From the NCBI RefSeq assembly GCF_009914755.1, contig NC_060929.1: 64,000 nt of DNA; one strand, given 5' to 3'. A program made the position numbers and the translations under genes. Shown one piece after another: positions 1 through 15,524 of the stretch (positions within the stretch are counted from its first letter, which is position 1; every line of letters starts with the position of its first letter). This DNA is from the human T2T-CHM13v2.0 reference genome, Homo sapiens. The notes below the pieces were generated by a model. It was not told the DNA's origin. It worked only from the letters and a program-made list of their open reading frames with translations, and did not search any database.

Positions 1-354
<354 letters not shown>

Positions 355-493
355 TGATCAAATTTCTGTTAGACACAGATTATCGACTTTAAAAATATTA
401 TAAAATACACTTTAAAGTTATGCTAAATTCACTTAGGTTTTTTTTGGCTTTGTGTCAGATACGACTGTGTGATCATCAATTATAAGGGTCCTA

Positions 494-728
494 GATCAGG
501 TATTGGCACACTGCAGCTTGCAGGTTAAATCTGGTTGGACACTTGTTATTGTAAATGAAGTTTCACTCTAACACAACCACACATATTTGCTCACATATTA
601 TTTATGGCTTCTTTTGTGCAACGGTGGCTAAGTTGAATAGTTATGACAGAGACGACCTAGCCCACAAAACCTAAAATCTAAAATATTTGCTATCTGGCTC
701 TTTACAGAGAAACTTTACAGATGCTAGT
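494..728. mobile_element. MER58-like hAT DNA transposon
   Basis: ttattgtaaatgaagtttcact...aaatatttgctatctggctctttacagagaaact. Confidence 0.7.
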
Positions 729-755
729 CCCAGACATAAAAGAAAATAATGTTCT

Positions 756-1128
<373 letters not shown>

Positions 1129-2214
1129 CTAGAGAATAATAAGATAATTTTTGTAAGTATAACTATCATTAAGTAATAGTTATCATACATTGTCTACTAG
1201 TATGTGTCAGGAATTGTGCTAAGATAACATAGGTTTTCCCATTTTAGCCTTGACATGACTCATGATGTAGATGCTGTGAGATCTATTTTATAGACGGCAA
1301 AGGGATTCAGGCAAGCTTAGTAATGTGCCCAAGGTCTCTGGAGTGGGATGATTCCAGCTCGGATCTGCAGGATTCCCAACTTGTACCATATCCCACAACC
1401 TTAGATGTGTTATTCATAAAGTGACTTGAATTCCGGTCACAGATGCTGTGTGACACTGAACTGGTTATTGACCTGTGCGGGCCTCCACGTTCCCCTCTTG
1501 GAATAAGGGCTTGGAATGAGGTTCCTTCTGCTCAGCACGCCCTGGGTTTTGTGAGACCCGAGACAGCAGGCAGCGGTGGCGTGGTCCCAGGCAGGGCATC
1601 GGAAAGCCCGGCCACTGTGTCATAAGGCCAGAGGAGGAAGATGGGCCCAAGTTGGGGCAGAGCTCAGGATGGGCCAGGACGGTTGGCAAAGGAGAAGCAG
1701 CACCAGCACGTGAGCCCCGGGTGACTGTCTTCATGCAGATCACAAGAAATCAATGGCTTTCACAGTCAAAGCCCCTCCCTGCTTCTTCAAGGAAGGATCT
1801 GTGTTTCCCACCACACCTGGGGATGTTTGGAGTAATTGCTCAGAAAGCTCTTGTTGAATGATGGAAGGACCCGGCGATTCGTTTATATTGAGTAGAGTGA
1901 TGACTTGGAAATTCCCCTTTTGGCGCCCCTTGGTGTGGCCAGGCTTTCCCCTTTCAAGGTTGACTCATGGTTTCCTGGGGCCGGCGCCACGCCCCTGTGG
2001 TCTCCGCAGTCTCTGCAGTGCACTTGGCGCTTTAGACCCGGATCTCCCTGCTCCTCAGAGCTCCAGTGTTGGTGAGAAGGAGTGTGGGTTTAGACACCAA
2101 CACTGGCTTCTTCAGGCCAGGATTTGTGGGCAATCATTTTTTAAAAAAGTGCCTCCAGGGAGATGAGGAAGCTGCAGAAGCAGGCCAGGACAGGGCAGAG
2201 GCTGAGATGAAGGT

Positions 2215-2620
2215 GGGCTTTCAGGGCTGCCAAAACGAAGCACTGCAGACTGGGGGGCTTCAAACAACAGAACTTTATTGTCTCATGGTCCTGGAGGCCA
2301 GAAGTCCCACATCAAGGTGCTGGTTGGCCATGCTCCCTAAAGTCTCTAGGGGAGAATCCTTCCTTACCCCTTCCAGCTTGTAGTGGCCCCAGGTATTCCT
2401 TGGCTTGTGGTAGCTCCAGTAACTCCCATAAATCCAATCTCTGCTTCAGTCTTCACATGGCTAGCTTCTTGTGTGTCTCTGTTTCCATGCCCAGATTCCT
2501 CTTTTCTTATAAAGGGCCCACTGTCTTAACTAATTACATCTGCAATGGCCTATTTCCAAATACAGTCACATTGTGTGGCACTGGGTATATACTTTGGGGG
2601 GATACAATTCAACCTGTAAC
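2215..2620 (-). mobile_element. MLT1-family (MaLR) LTR, degenerate
   Basis: aaacaacagaactttattgtctcatggtcctggaggccagaagtcc...gggggatacaattcaacctgtaaca. Confidence 0.75.
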
Positions 2621-3327
2621 AGGTACAATCTGAGATAAAAGCCCCAGGGAGGGGGGTTCCCACTGGATCTTGCAGGGGACTCTATCTAGAGTGTGAGTGA
2701 CATCTCATAGTCATCCCAGCCAAGCAAAACACAAGCACACAGTAAGAAGGAAGCTGAGTGGGTCTGGGTGGAGCGCCAACATTGGCTGCTAGAAGAGTCT
2801 AGTTACATCTCCAAGGCTCCAGCAGGGACTTTCAGCCAGGACTGGCTGGGTATGCTTCCAGGCGGTGAGCAGGGGAAGGCTGGAAGGAGAAACTCAGAGC
2901 CCTAGGGTTAGGTGGGGTCAATCTCCAGGCTCTGTGCTTCTTGCCCCGGCCTCTGCTCCTTCTGTGGCTTCACATTTCCTCCATGCCTCAGTTGTCCTTC
3001 TCAGAGTTACCTTTTCAGGTTGACAACTTACCTGGCCTTGCTGCTAGGACTAGCCCCTGGAGTGTCTCATAAGGACCCTGTTTGGGAAAAGGATCCGTCA
3101 ACTGTGGCTTACAAGAACAAGACTCCTAAATATACACACAGCCTGCTGGGGTTTGTTGCCAAGGAATAGCAGGATGCAGGACCCCTGGTCCCCACCCCAG
3201 ATTCCTACATGTGGCCTAGGCTTCCAGCTTCAAAAGACTTTTGGGTTTCTTTTTTTTTTTTTTTTTGCAGGACACTTTTGTGCCTGTATCCAGGATCATC
3301 TCTGACATTCATTGAAACACTCTTCCT

Positions 3328-3823
<496 letters not shown>

Positions 3824-4519
3824 TCAGTAAGATCTCTGTCTGATTCTGATTAAGTTCCAGATGTTGGATTGCAAGCCACACACTCAACTTTTCTATTAAA
3901 TAAATCCTTGTGACCTGTTTCCAGATTATTTTGGCCAGTCCTGCAGAAAATGTTGCCATTTATGTATTGATCCATACTAGGTAATTTGGATGGCAATGTC
4001 TTTATCTTTCTGGTAGAAATGCAATATTTGCTGCCTTGAGGATAGGAATTCATATCCAGTTTGTGCAGAGCCAGACTATATAGTGAAAGCGTAAAGCCAT
4101 CTCCCTGGTATGATTTTAAGGTCACCATCTCCCAGCTTCCCAGCCACACAATTCCCCAGAGCCTGAAATTCTACCTTTGGAGATTCTCTGTTTCAGGTTT
4201 CCTTTCCATTTCACTTGCAGAGACACCTGTGGAAGGTAAGTCTTTTTAGTCATCAACTGTCTAGTGAGATCCTTTTCTGGAAACAGGTCAATTTGGGGTT
4301 AGGTAAAGGAAGATTAAGAAGCCACTTACTCCTCAAGGTGTTGTGTAAGGAAAAAGGATGCAATAAGGGGAGTGAAAAGAGCCCCATCCGGGGAGGCTGC
4401 AGTGGAGATCCTGAACTTTGGCCTTGTTTTACAGCTGAGGCAATGAGGATGCCAGTGTGGTTGTTGCATTTGGGGAATGAGTTGGGTAGCTGTGAAGCAG
4501 TCCTTTTCTCTCCTTTCAG

Positions 4520-4702
4520 CATTTCAGTGCATTGAGGTCATGCAGGCCTGCGTTGCTGAGGACCAGCTAGTGGTGAAGTGGCAAAGCTCTGCTCTAGACG
4601 TGAACACTTGGATGATTGAATGGTTTCCGGATGTGGACTCAGAGCCCACCACCCTTTCCTGGGAATCTGTGTCTCAGGCCACGAACTGGACGATCCAGCA
4701 AG
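4520..4702 (+). CDS. IL31RA: IL31RA coding exon (exon 9 by recalled numbering), FNIII domain, 183 bp, phase 1-1
   Basis: tcctttcag|CA...CAAG|gtagcc; encodes (S)FQCIEVMQACVAEDQLVVKWQSS...ATNWTIQQ(D), matching IL-31RA as recalled. Confidence 0.96.
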
Positions 4703-5156
4703 GTAGCCAGGGCGGAACTCACAGGTTCCCTCAGTGCAGGGTTTGGTTTCATTTTCATCCATTTTTAGATCTTTAACTTTGGCTTCAAAGCTGTTAGTGT
4801 GGTTAATAGCATTTGTCAAGCTTGTGCAAGCTTAATGAAGTGACACGCTTCTTGGTATTTCCAAGGCAAGGCTGGCACAGAAAGCTGTGGGTGTCAAGCA
4901 GACCAGGTATCTGATCGATCTCCAGGTGGAAAACACCATCTTAACACCCACCATCAGAGAGTCCTTCCCGGATAGCTGGGTCATCCCATGGATAACTCCA
5001 GAATGTGGATCCCAGCTGGCCTACCTAGGATATTTTCTTCAGTTCTGATTGCCTGTTTAAGAGTTAGGCCCCCTTCCCAGGTGATTGTTATAGGAATAGC
5101 CTTCTTTTCAGGAAAGTCCCTGCCCTACGTAAGATACGCGAGTGAGGCTTTACTCT

Positions 5157-5341
<185 letters not shown>

Positions 5342-5772
5342 TAATGCTTCAAACATCCATATTAAGAATAATACACAGGCAGGGATGCAGGCAAGTAGAG
5401 GAGATAGAAGTCACAGTGTTTGAGATCCACAGGGTGATGATATGTTGTTCTAGAACTTAATTAGGCAGCGTGTTCAGCGATCCTATGGATCTCTCTGCTG
5501 CAATAGTATTTGGTCAGAACAGACCTGGGGATTCCCTGCCTCCAAAAAATAAAAAGCTAAAAAGCTAAATTTAAAAATAAGAATTAGTTAGAAAATCTGA
5601 GAAAAGCAATAGATATTAGAGACCATTCAACCTAACCTGTTTATTTTCCAGAGGTGGAAACTGTAGAGAAATGGAATATCTTCTATAAGTGTTTGGCCAT
5701 AACTCTTAGTCTAGTATTCCCCCCACTCTGCCGTGCTCTGCACTTACACTTTTTTTTCTTTCTTTTTCACAG

Positions 5773-5874
5773 ATAAATTAAAACCTTTCTGGTGCTATAA
5801 CATCTCTGTGTATCCAATGTTGCATGACAAAGTTGGCGAGCCATATTCCATCCAGGCTTATGCCAAAGAAGGCG
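5773..5874 (+). CDS. IL31RA: IL31RA coding exon 10, 102 bp
   Basis: ttttcacag|AT...GGCG|gtatga; (D)KLKPFWCYNISVYPMLHDKVGEPYSIQAYAKEG(V). Confidence 0.96.
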
Positions 5875-6678
5875 GTATGAATGGACAAGACCCTGTGGGG
5901 AAAAGGAAACAGTGTGACCTGTCCCACATGCCGATAAGGCTGCAAGTGCCTGTAGCTCATTCCCAGCCATCTTAGGGCTCATTTGTGCTTCATCTTGTAG
6001 TGAGCTCTGTATGTTATGAATTTGCTGAATTCTGAAGCTGGGGTAGACATTAGAGATCATTGAGTCCAATCCCCTCATTTCACAAATGGAAAATTAAAAC
6101 TCAGAGAGGTGAAATAACTTGCCCAAAGTCACAAATAAACAGTGCAAATAGAGCTGCTACCAGCAATAACACTGAATTAAGACCACATCAGGGAGCCTAG
6201 AGTTCATCCTAAGCTAGGGATGTTAAAAAATTATTTTTAATTATGTAGCAATAAGCAAAGGCTTTACTGGTGAATTGCTCAAGCTTTACTTTTATCTTTT
6301 TGGAAGTTCATGTCTTCCAGATTCAACACTGGAAAACATCTTCTGCCACTCAAAGGTAGCCTATGGAGCCATATTCTTCAACTATTTGATAATAACTACA
6401 CTTTACAGATATGAATGAAAAAGCTGGGTACCAAATTGGAGACATCTATGAGAAAGGACTTTTTCAAGTGGTCTTCTTGCCACTTCTCTTCTTGCTTAAG
6501 AGAGATGGTTCTAGAAAACAATTTTCCCAAACAAGCTGATTCATCAATTCCCTACTCAACCCTCACCCGTCGCCTCCAGCACTATGGTTTGGTCTGAGTA
6601 CTGGCCAGGGCCTTTGTGGGGGAACGATCTCCTGGAGTGCGGTTCAGTGATTATCATTTATCCCTCTGTCCTTTCCAG

Positions 6679-6825
6679 TTCCATCAGAAGGTCCTGAGAC
6701 CAAGGTGGAGAACATTGGCGTGAAGACGGTCACGATCACATGGAAAGAGATTCCCAAGAGTGAGAGAAAGGGTATCATCTGCAACTACACCATCTTTTAC
6801 CAAGCTGAAGGTGGAAAAGGATTCT
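6679..6825 (+). CDS. IL31RA: IL31RA coding exon 11, 147 bp
   Basis: ctttccag|TT...TTCT|gtaagc; (V)PSEGPETKVENIGVKTVTITWKEIPK...GGKGF(S). Confidence 0.96.
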
Positions 6826-7279
6826 GTAAGCACGCCCATAGCGAAGTGGAAAAAAACCCCAAGCCCCAGATAGATGCTATGGATAGACCTGTTGTAGGCA
6901 TGGCTCCCCCATCTCATTGTGACTTGCAACCTGGCATGAATCACTTAGCTTCTTTAAATCTCTCTGAAAATGGGGCCAAGAGCACCCACCTTTTGGGGTT
7001 TTGGGGGTTAAATGAGAGTGAAGTGACAGTACCTGAGAGGAGAGTCCTGAGGAAATGGAAGGAGTTGTTATAATTTGTCCTGGTTAGGCCCTGAATTGAC
7101 CTCCCGGGAGCTCCCCGACCATCATTCCCAGGAATGGCGTGCCTGGCTTAAAGAGTGAGGAGGAACAGACCCTGTCACCATGACTTCTACTGCCCCTGCC
7201 AAATCATGCTTTTGTTTTTCAGTCCACCTTATCTCCTGACATCTTAAATACTGGGCAAGGCTTGGATTCTTGCTTAGGC

Positions 7280-8800
<1,521 letters not shown>

Positions 8801-8946
8801 TATTTAAGCAGGACATGAATAGGGGTCAGAATATGAGACAGCTGAGCTTGGAAGCACAGGTTCCAATGCTCTTATTTTGGTGCTACTGGGACACAATTTT
8901 CAGTCTGGTTTGGCTGTGGTGTTTGACCTTTGTATTTTTCCTTTAG

Positions 8947-9087
8947 CCAAGACAGTCAATTCCAGCATCTTGCAGTACGGCCTGGAGTCCCTGAAACGAA
9001 AGACCTCTTACATTGTTCAGGTCATGGCCAGCACCAGTGCTGGGGGAACCAACGGGACCAGCATAAATTTCAAGACATTGTCATTCA
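8947..9087 (+). CDS. IL31RA: IL31RA coding exon 12, 141 bp
   Basis: cctttag|CC...TTCA|gtgagt; (S)KTVNSSILQYGLESLKRKTSYIVQVMASTSAGGTNGTSINFKTLSF(S). Confidence 0.96.
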
Positions 9088-9458
9088 GTGAGTATTTCCT
9101 TCAAGCCTTAGGTACCTCTCCCTCACGTTTACCTTACATCAGAGAGAAATGACATCTGCCAAAAGCTGGAGGAAGCCAAATGAAAGGGCAGTGCCTAGTG
9201 CCCTGCCATCCTGCTCTCTGTTCACCAACCTTCCTGGAAAGCATATAGGTGAGGAGATGGGAGGGAAGAGCAGGCAAGTTGAGAGCCGAATTTGGAAATG
9301 CTGGTCATTTTGGTCGTTCCTCATGGGCAGCCACAAATCATCTGGAGGAGGAGGTGTCAAATTAATGCCAACTTCAGTCTTAGCACCAAACCAGCTCCCA
9401 TCTCAAGGCTGTCTCCCCGTTCATAGTCACCAGTTTCTGCATGTTATAGGTTACGGTA

Positions 9459-9820
9459 TGTATTAGTCTGTTTTCACGCTGCTGATAAAGACATACCCGG
9501 GACTGGGTAATTTATAAAGAAAAAGAGGTTTAATGGACTCACAGTTCCACGTGGCTGGGGAAGCCTCACAGTCATGGTGGAAGGTGAAATGCACATCTTA
9601 CATGGTGGCAGTCAAGAGAGAATGAGGACCAAGTGAAAGTGATTTCCCCCTATAAAACCATCAGATCTCATGAGATTTATTCACTACTATGAGAACAGTA
9701 TGGGGGAAATTGCCCCCATGATTCAATTATCTCCCCCTGGGTCCCTCCCACAACATGTAGGAATTATGGGAGCTACAATTCAAGATGTGATTTGGGTGGG
9801 GACACAGCCAAACCATATCA
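9459..9820 (-). mobile_element. THE1-type (ERVL-MaLR) solo LTR
   Basis: tgtattagtctgttttcacgctgctgataaagacatacc...gggacacagccaaaccatatca; TG...CA ends; 5-bp TSD cggta/ctgta. Confidence 0.9.
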
Positions 9821-10559
9821 CTGTACAACAGGGCCTTCAAGGGAAAACCTTGGTTAACTCAGGACTACTGACCCATAGGAAGGGGCTTAACCTCATCATT
9901 TGTGGAGGTTTTTTTTGAGCAAAAAGACATATGATATATTTAACTTACCCACTTTTACATTAAAAAATAGCAAGAAAAATTTACTAGAGACAACAAATAA
10001 TGTAAAATAAAATGTAGCTTCATATGATGGCTGGTTAAGGGAGATATTTAGAGGCAGGCAGATGGAATGAGGAGGGGGATGAAGCAGAAAGAAGGAAGGA
10101 GAATGGGAGAAACAGATATATATTAATTTTGCTAAGCCCTTGAGTGACAGAGATTTGATTTTTAAGTACGTACTAAAACTGTCTTAAAGAATGAACAACG
10201 CTTTTTAGATTAAAAATGAAGGAACACTGCCAAGTTTTTGCAATAACTGAGGCAAGCTAAAAATTGCTTGAAATATTCTTGAAAGCCTCTTATGCATCAC
10301 ATTTTTCAAGAATAAAATGCTTTATCACTCTGGAAAATGTGAGTATGACATGTTTTTTTTACAGAGAAAACATATTCTGTTTTGATGGACTAACATTGCC
10401 CTCTAGGAACTCTTTTTGATATGCTGTTTAAATTTTTTTAAAGCTGTATTGAATTTTTGCAACACTGGGCACAAATTTCATCAGCTCAAGGAGTTTTCTC
10501 CAAGGGTTAAATGAAGGCAAGATCCAGCCCTGGAACCTAGAAGTTTCCTACCCTGGTCT

Positions 10560-11450
<891 letters not shown>

Positions 11451-11492
11451 ATGCTGCCAGGAAGACACCTAGATGGGGAGGCACAAAATTCT

Positions 11493-11727
<235 letters not shown>

Positions 11728-11879
11728 GGGGTTTTTTTAGTGGAAAAAAATTGAATTTAACTGAAAGAAAACTAATAAGACATTGTGTTGCTGAAGCTAC
11801 TAGAAGAAAAAGTTAATCATTGATTTTTGTCAAGAAGGTGAGGAACTCACTACTGACTTTTGTTCTTTGTTTTTCAAAG

Positions 11880-11973
11880 GTGTCTTTGAGATTATCCTCA
11901 TAACTTCTCTGATTGGTGGAGGCCTTCTTATTCTCATTATCCTGACAGTGGCATATGGTCTCAAAAAACCCAA
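11880..11973 (+). CDS. IL31RA: IL31RA transmembrane exon 13, 94 bp (absent from the ORF track)
   Basis: tactgac branch-like motif, ttttcaaag|GT...CCCAA|gtgagt; (S)VFEIILITSLIGGGLLILIILTVAYGLKKP(N), a hydrophobic helix followed by KK. Confidence 0.96.
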
Positions 11974-12729
11974 GTGAGTCTGCAGACAACAGTGGGTGCC
12001 TTAAAAATCAGGGACAAAAAGGGGTTGAAGTCATCATAGGTGCTTCGTAGGAGAGGGCACTCTACCATTAAGGGGTGTTCATTCATTTATTAACTTGGTG
12101 CGTATTTATTGAGGTTATTAAAGGCCACGCTCAGTGGCTCACCGGAATTCTGACCAAGCAAGAGCACTTTCGTTTCCCAGAGCTCCATGCCCAGGTCTAG
12201 GCCTTTTTGAGGCCAGGAGAGTGCCAGCTGCCCCACAGGCTCTGTCTGCTCCATTTGCCATCTGAGACTGGAGTTGGAGAGCAGACCCTTTCTCTCAGTG
12301 TCTAGCAGGGCCCCTGGCTGCAGCAAGAGGCCTTCTTGCGAGCTCTGTCTCAGGCAGAGCGGGGAGCAGTGTCTCCACGGTGTTGGAGTGCTGGCCAGTC
12401 GTCTGTGGGTGCAAGCTTATTGCTTGCTTGTGGTGCAGTGTTGAGGGTCTGGCTGCAGGGGCCTTTACCCTGCTTGCCCTGGCCACTGTGGGGAAGAAAG
12501 CATGTCTTCAGGGTCTTAGACTTTCTCTCTGCAGTGAGCCTTATGGCACCCTAATGGTCCTCCCCTGGTTGAGCTGTCTCTCCAAATTAGACAGTTGTGA
12601 GTCATCTCTGTCAAGCAGCTGCACTTAGTTAATGGTCAAGCTAATATCAACCTCCGTTACCAACTGTAGGTAATAACCAAGCCACCAGCATAGATTCTTG
12701 TACATTATGCACTTAAGTAATCATTTTGA

Positions 12730-12871
12730 TCTTAGCATGCATCAGAATCAGGCCTCACCCCCAAAGTTTCTGATTCAGTGGTTCTAGGGTAAAGCCCCAA
12801 AATGTTCATTTCTAACAAGTTCCCAGGTGATCCCAATGCTGCTGGTTGGGACCACACTTGGAGAACCATTG
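12730..12871. mobile_element. MER5A hAT DNA transposon
   Basis: catcagaatc...tttctaacaagttcccaggtgat...gggaccacacttggagaaccattg. Confidence 0.8.
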
Positions 12872-13249
12872 CAGGAAAGTATGGGTAGCTTATAAGGTTT
12901 ATAAAATGTTGTCTTTCCCAGAGGATAAGCCTCAAAGGAATGACTCTGTGATGGTGCAATTTACAGCATTGGGACCAGGTATGGAGATGCTGGGATGGGA
13001 GAGAGGGGAAGATAAGCTTTGTATGGGGAGAGTCTCCTTTGATCACATCCCACAGAGAACTTGCAATGTCACCCCCCAACACACACCGCAAAACAACTCC
13101 ACTTTCCCAGGTTCTATTAGGCAGACATGCCCTTATTTAGGAGGGAAACTTACAATTCCCTTTAGCACAGCCTCACTCTTTTGACTCAGCCATATGGTGC
13201 TAATGCTTCTTGGATTCAATTCCCATCTTAAAATCTTCTCTCTCATTAG

Positions 13250-13331
13250 CAAATTGACTCATCTGTGTTGGCCCACCGTTCCCAACCCTGCTGAAAGTAG
13301 TATAGCCACATGGCATGGAGATGATTTCAAG
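13250..13331 (+). CDS. IL31RA: IL31RA box1 exon 14, 82 bp
   Basis: ctcattag|C...TTCAAG|gtaaac; (N)KLTHLCWPTVPNPAESSIATWHGDDFK with the WPxVPNP JAK-binding box1. Confidence 0.96.
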
Positions 13332-14500
13332 GTAAACTCTCCTGTTTTTATTAAGGAAATCATTGCCGTGGGAGGTAGACGAGGTGAATGGAGATGGGGA
13401 AAGAGTCCTAGGCTGAGCTTTTTTCAAGGTTCACATCAAGAGAACTGGAGTTGAAAAGTCTCAGGGAATGGCAGGCAGGGCAGATGGACTCAGCCTTCCT
13501 GGAATGACTTTGACTTCATGCTTTGACAAGGGGAAAGGGCTTCACCAGGCTCATGAGGATCCAGTGCGTTCCCAGGTGGAACTGGTCCCATAAAGGATGC
13601 TGCAGAATAAAGACACTGGCCCTACCCTTCCTGACCTGATGGGCTAATTAGAGAGAGAGGAGCCTTGGCTATAGGATTTGAAGCCATTTACAAAGCAGCC
13701 AAGAGCACATTAATCTAAAGACTGTCTAAATATCACCAGGGAATGTTGATGGGCATGGCAGTCTGAGGCTGCCTCAGGTTGTTTTTCTCAGGCTGGGGAC
13801 GTCAGAGTCAGGCTTTATTTAACTGGCATTGGGGTTTTCTAGTGAGTATTCCTTAACTAGAAACCCTCCATTTGCATAAATTTTTAAGTGGAAAACCGTT
13901 AGGGAAATTTTAAGGTTTAATTTCTTGCTTACGTAGAAACAAGCCCAATCAAATATAACCTTTAAATCCTTGTTACTGAAAGGCTGTTTCCAGTTTTTCC
14001 TTGATGCACAAATTTTAAATATTAGTCCTCGTTCCCACTCAGAAGTCTTTTTTGAGCATGGGCCTTTTGTTATAATGGGCTTTCTTTCTGTTTCCTCCTC
14101 TTATCAGTCCGGTATACTGGACTGATTTATACCCCCATTTACTTTCCTGCTTATTAAATGTCATTTAGAGAGTAAATGGATTCATAGGCAGTGCTCTCTG
14201 ATAACTAACATGCTTTTTGAATAATCCGTAGGTTGGACCTCTAGAGCCGGCACTTATTAATCACTCACTACATGCCAGGTGCTGGGCTAGGCCCTAGGGA
14301 TACAAATGACAAAGTCACTGTCCCTGCCATGAGGCCACTTCTGATTTTCTGGTGAGGTTGAACAAGTCTGTCTCTATGATGTGGTTTTTCCATCCCTAAG
14401 AGTTCTAATTTTAGTTCTTCCATCTTAACTGGGGTTTTGTGAACATGGGATTGTGTGGAAAATAGCCTTGCACACTCTAGCAGAAGAAATTGTTTGAATT

Positions 14501-14797
14501 GGCTGGGTACAGCGGCTCATGCCTATAATCCCAGCATTTTGGGAGGCCAAGGCAGGGGGGATTGCTTGAGCTCAGGAGTTTAAGACCAGCCTGGGTAACA
14601 TGACAAAACCCCATCTCTACAAAAAATTAAAAAGTAGCCAGGTATGGTGGTGTGCATCTGTAGCCCCTGCTACTCAGGAAGCTGAGGGGGAAGAATTACC
14701 TGAGGCTGAGAAGTTGAGGCTGCAGTGAGTGGTGATCATGCTACTGTACTCCAGCCTGGGCAACGGGAGTGAGACCCTGTCTCAAAAAAAAAAAAAA
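14501..14797 (+). mobile_element. Alu (J-like)
   Basis: TSD aaattgtttgaat. Confidence 0.9.
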
Positions 14798-15047
14798 TTA
14801 TATACATATAAATAAATAAATTTTAAAAATTGTTTGAATCCAGGGCACTGTTTCTCAGGAAATGTGCCACTCCTTCCAAGCTCTGTGGAAGGGCATGCAG
14901 AGAGGGTTGGCTACCACTTCTGGGCCTGGGAAGAAGGTGGGGGCTGTTCCAGAGGTGGGCATTTGCTGTCCCAAGCCTAACGAGTTTTTGGCTATGTCAT
15001 ATGTGACTCCTAAATGACCACGTGGGATGTCCCTTTTTCTTTTCCAG

Positions 15048-15524
15048 GATAAGCTAAACCTGAAGGAGTCTGATGACTCTGTGAACACAGAAGACAGGAT
15101 CTTAAAACCATGTTCCACCCCCAGTGACAAGTTGGTGATTGACAAGTTGGTGGTGAACTTTGGGAATGTTCTGCAAGAAATTTTCACAGATGAAGCCAGA
15201 ACGGGTCAGGAAAACAATTTAGGAGGGGAAAAGAATGGGTATGTGACCTGCCCCTTCAGGCCTGATTGTCCCCTGGGGAAAAGTTTTGAGGAGCTCCCAG
15301 TTTCACCTGAGATTCCGCCCAGAAAATCCCAATACCTACGTTCGAGGATGCCAGAGGGGACCCGCCCAGAAGCCAAAGAGCAGCTTCTCTTTTCTGGTCA
15401 AAGTTTAGTACCAGATCATCTGTGTGAGGAAGGAGCCCCAAATCCATATTTGAAAAATTCAGTGACAGCCAGGGAATTTCTTGTGTCTGAAAAACTTCCA
15501 GAGCACACCAAGGGAGAAGTCTAA
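15048..15524 (+). CDS. IL31RA: IL31RA terminal coding exon 15 (long signalling isoform; Tyr motifs YVTC, YLRS, YLKN)
   Basis: ttttccag|GAT AAG...GAA GTC TAA; DKLNLKES...EHTKGEV*, 158 aa. Confidence 0.97.
   Translation, partial: DKLNLKESDDSVNTEDRILKPCSTPSDKLVIDKLVVNFGNVLQEIFTDEARTGQENNLGGEKNGYVTCPFRPDCPLGKSFEELPVSPEIPPRKSQYLRSRMPEGTRPEAKEQLLFSGQSLVPDHLCEEGAPNPYLKNSVTAREFLVSEKLPEHTKGEV

Noticed and set aside
13332-13454. 40-codon read-through after the IL31RA box1 exon donor
   Set aside because: Length is compatible with chance and I cannot match it confidently to a known isoform.
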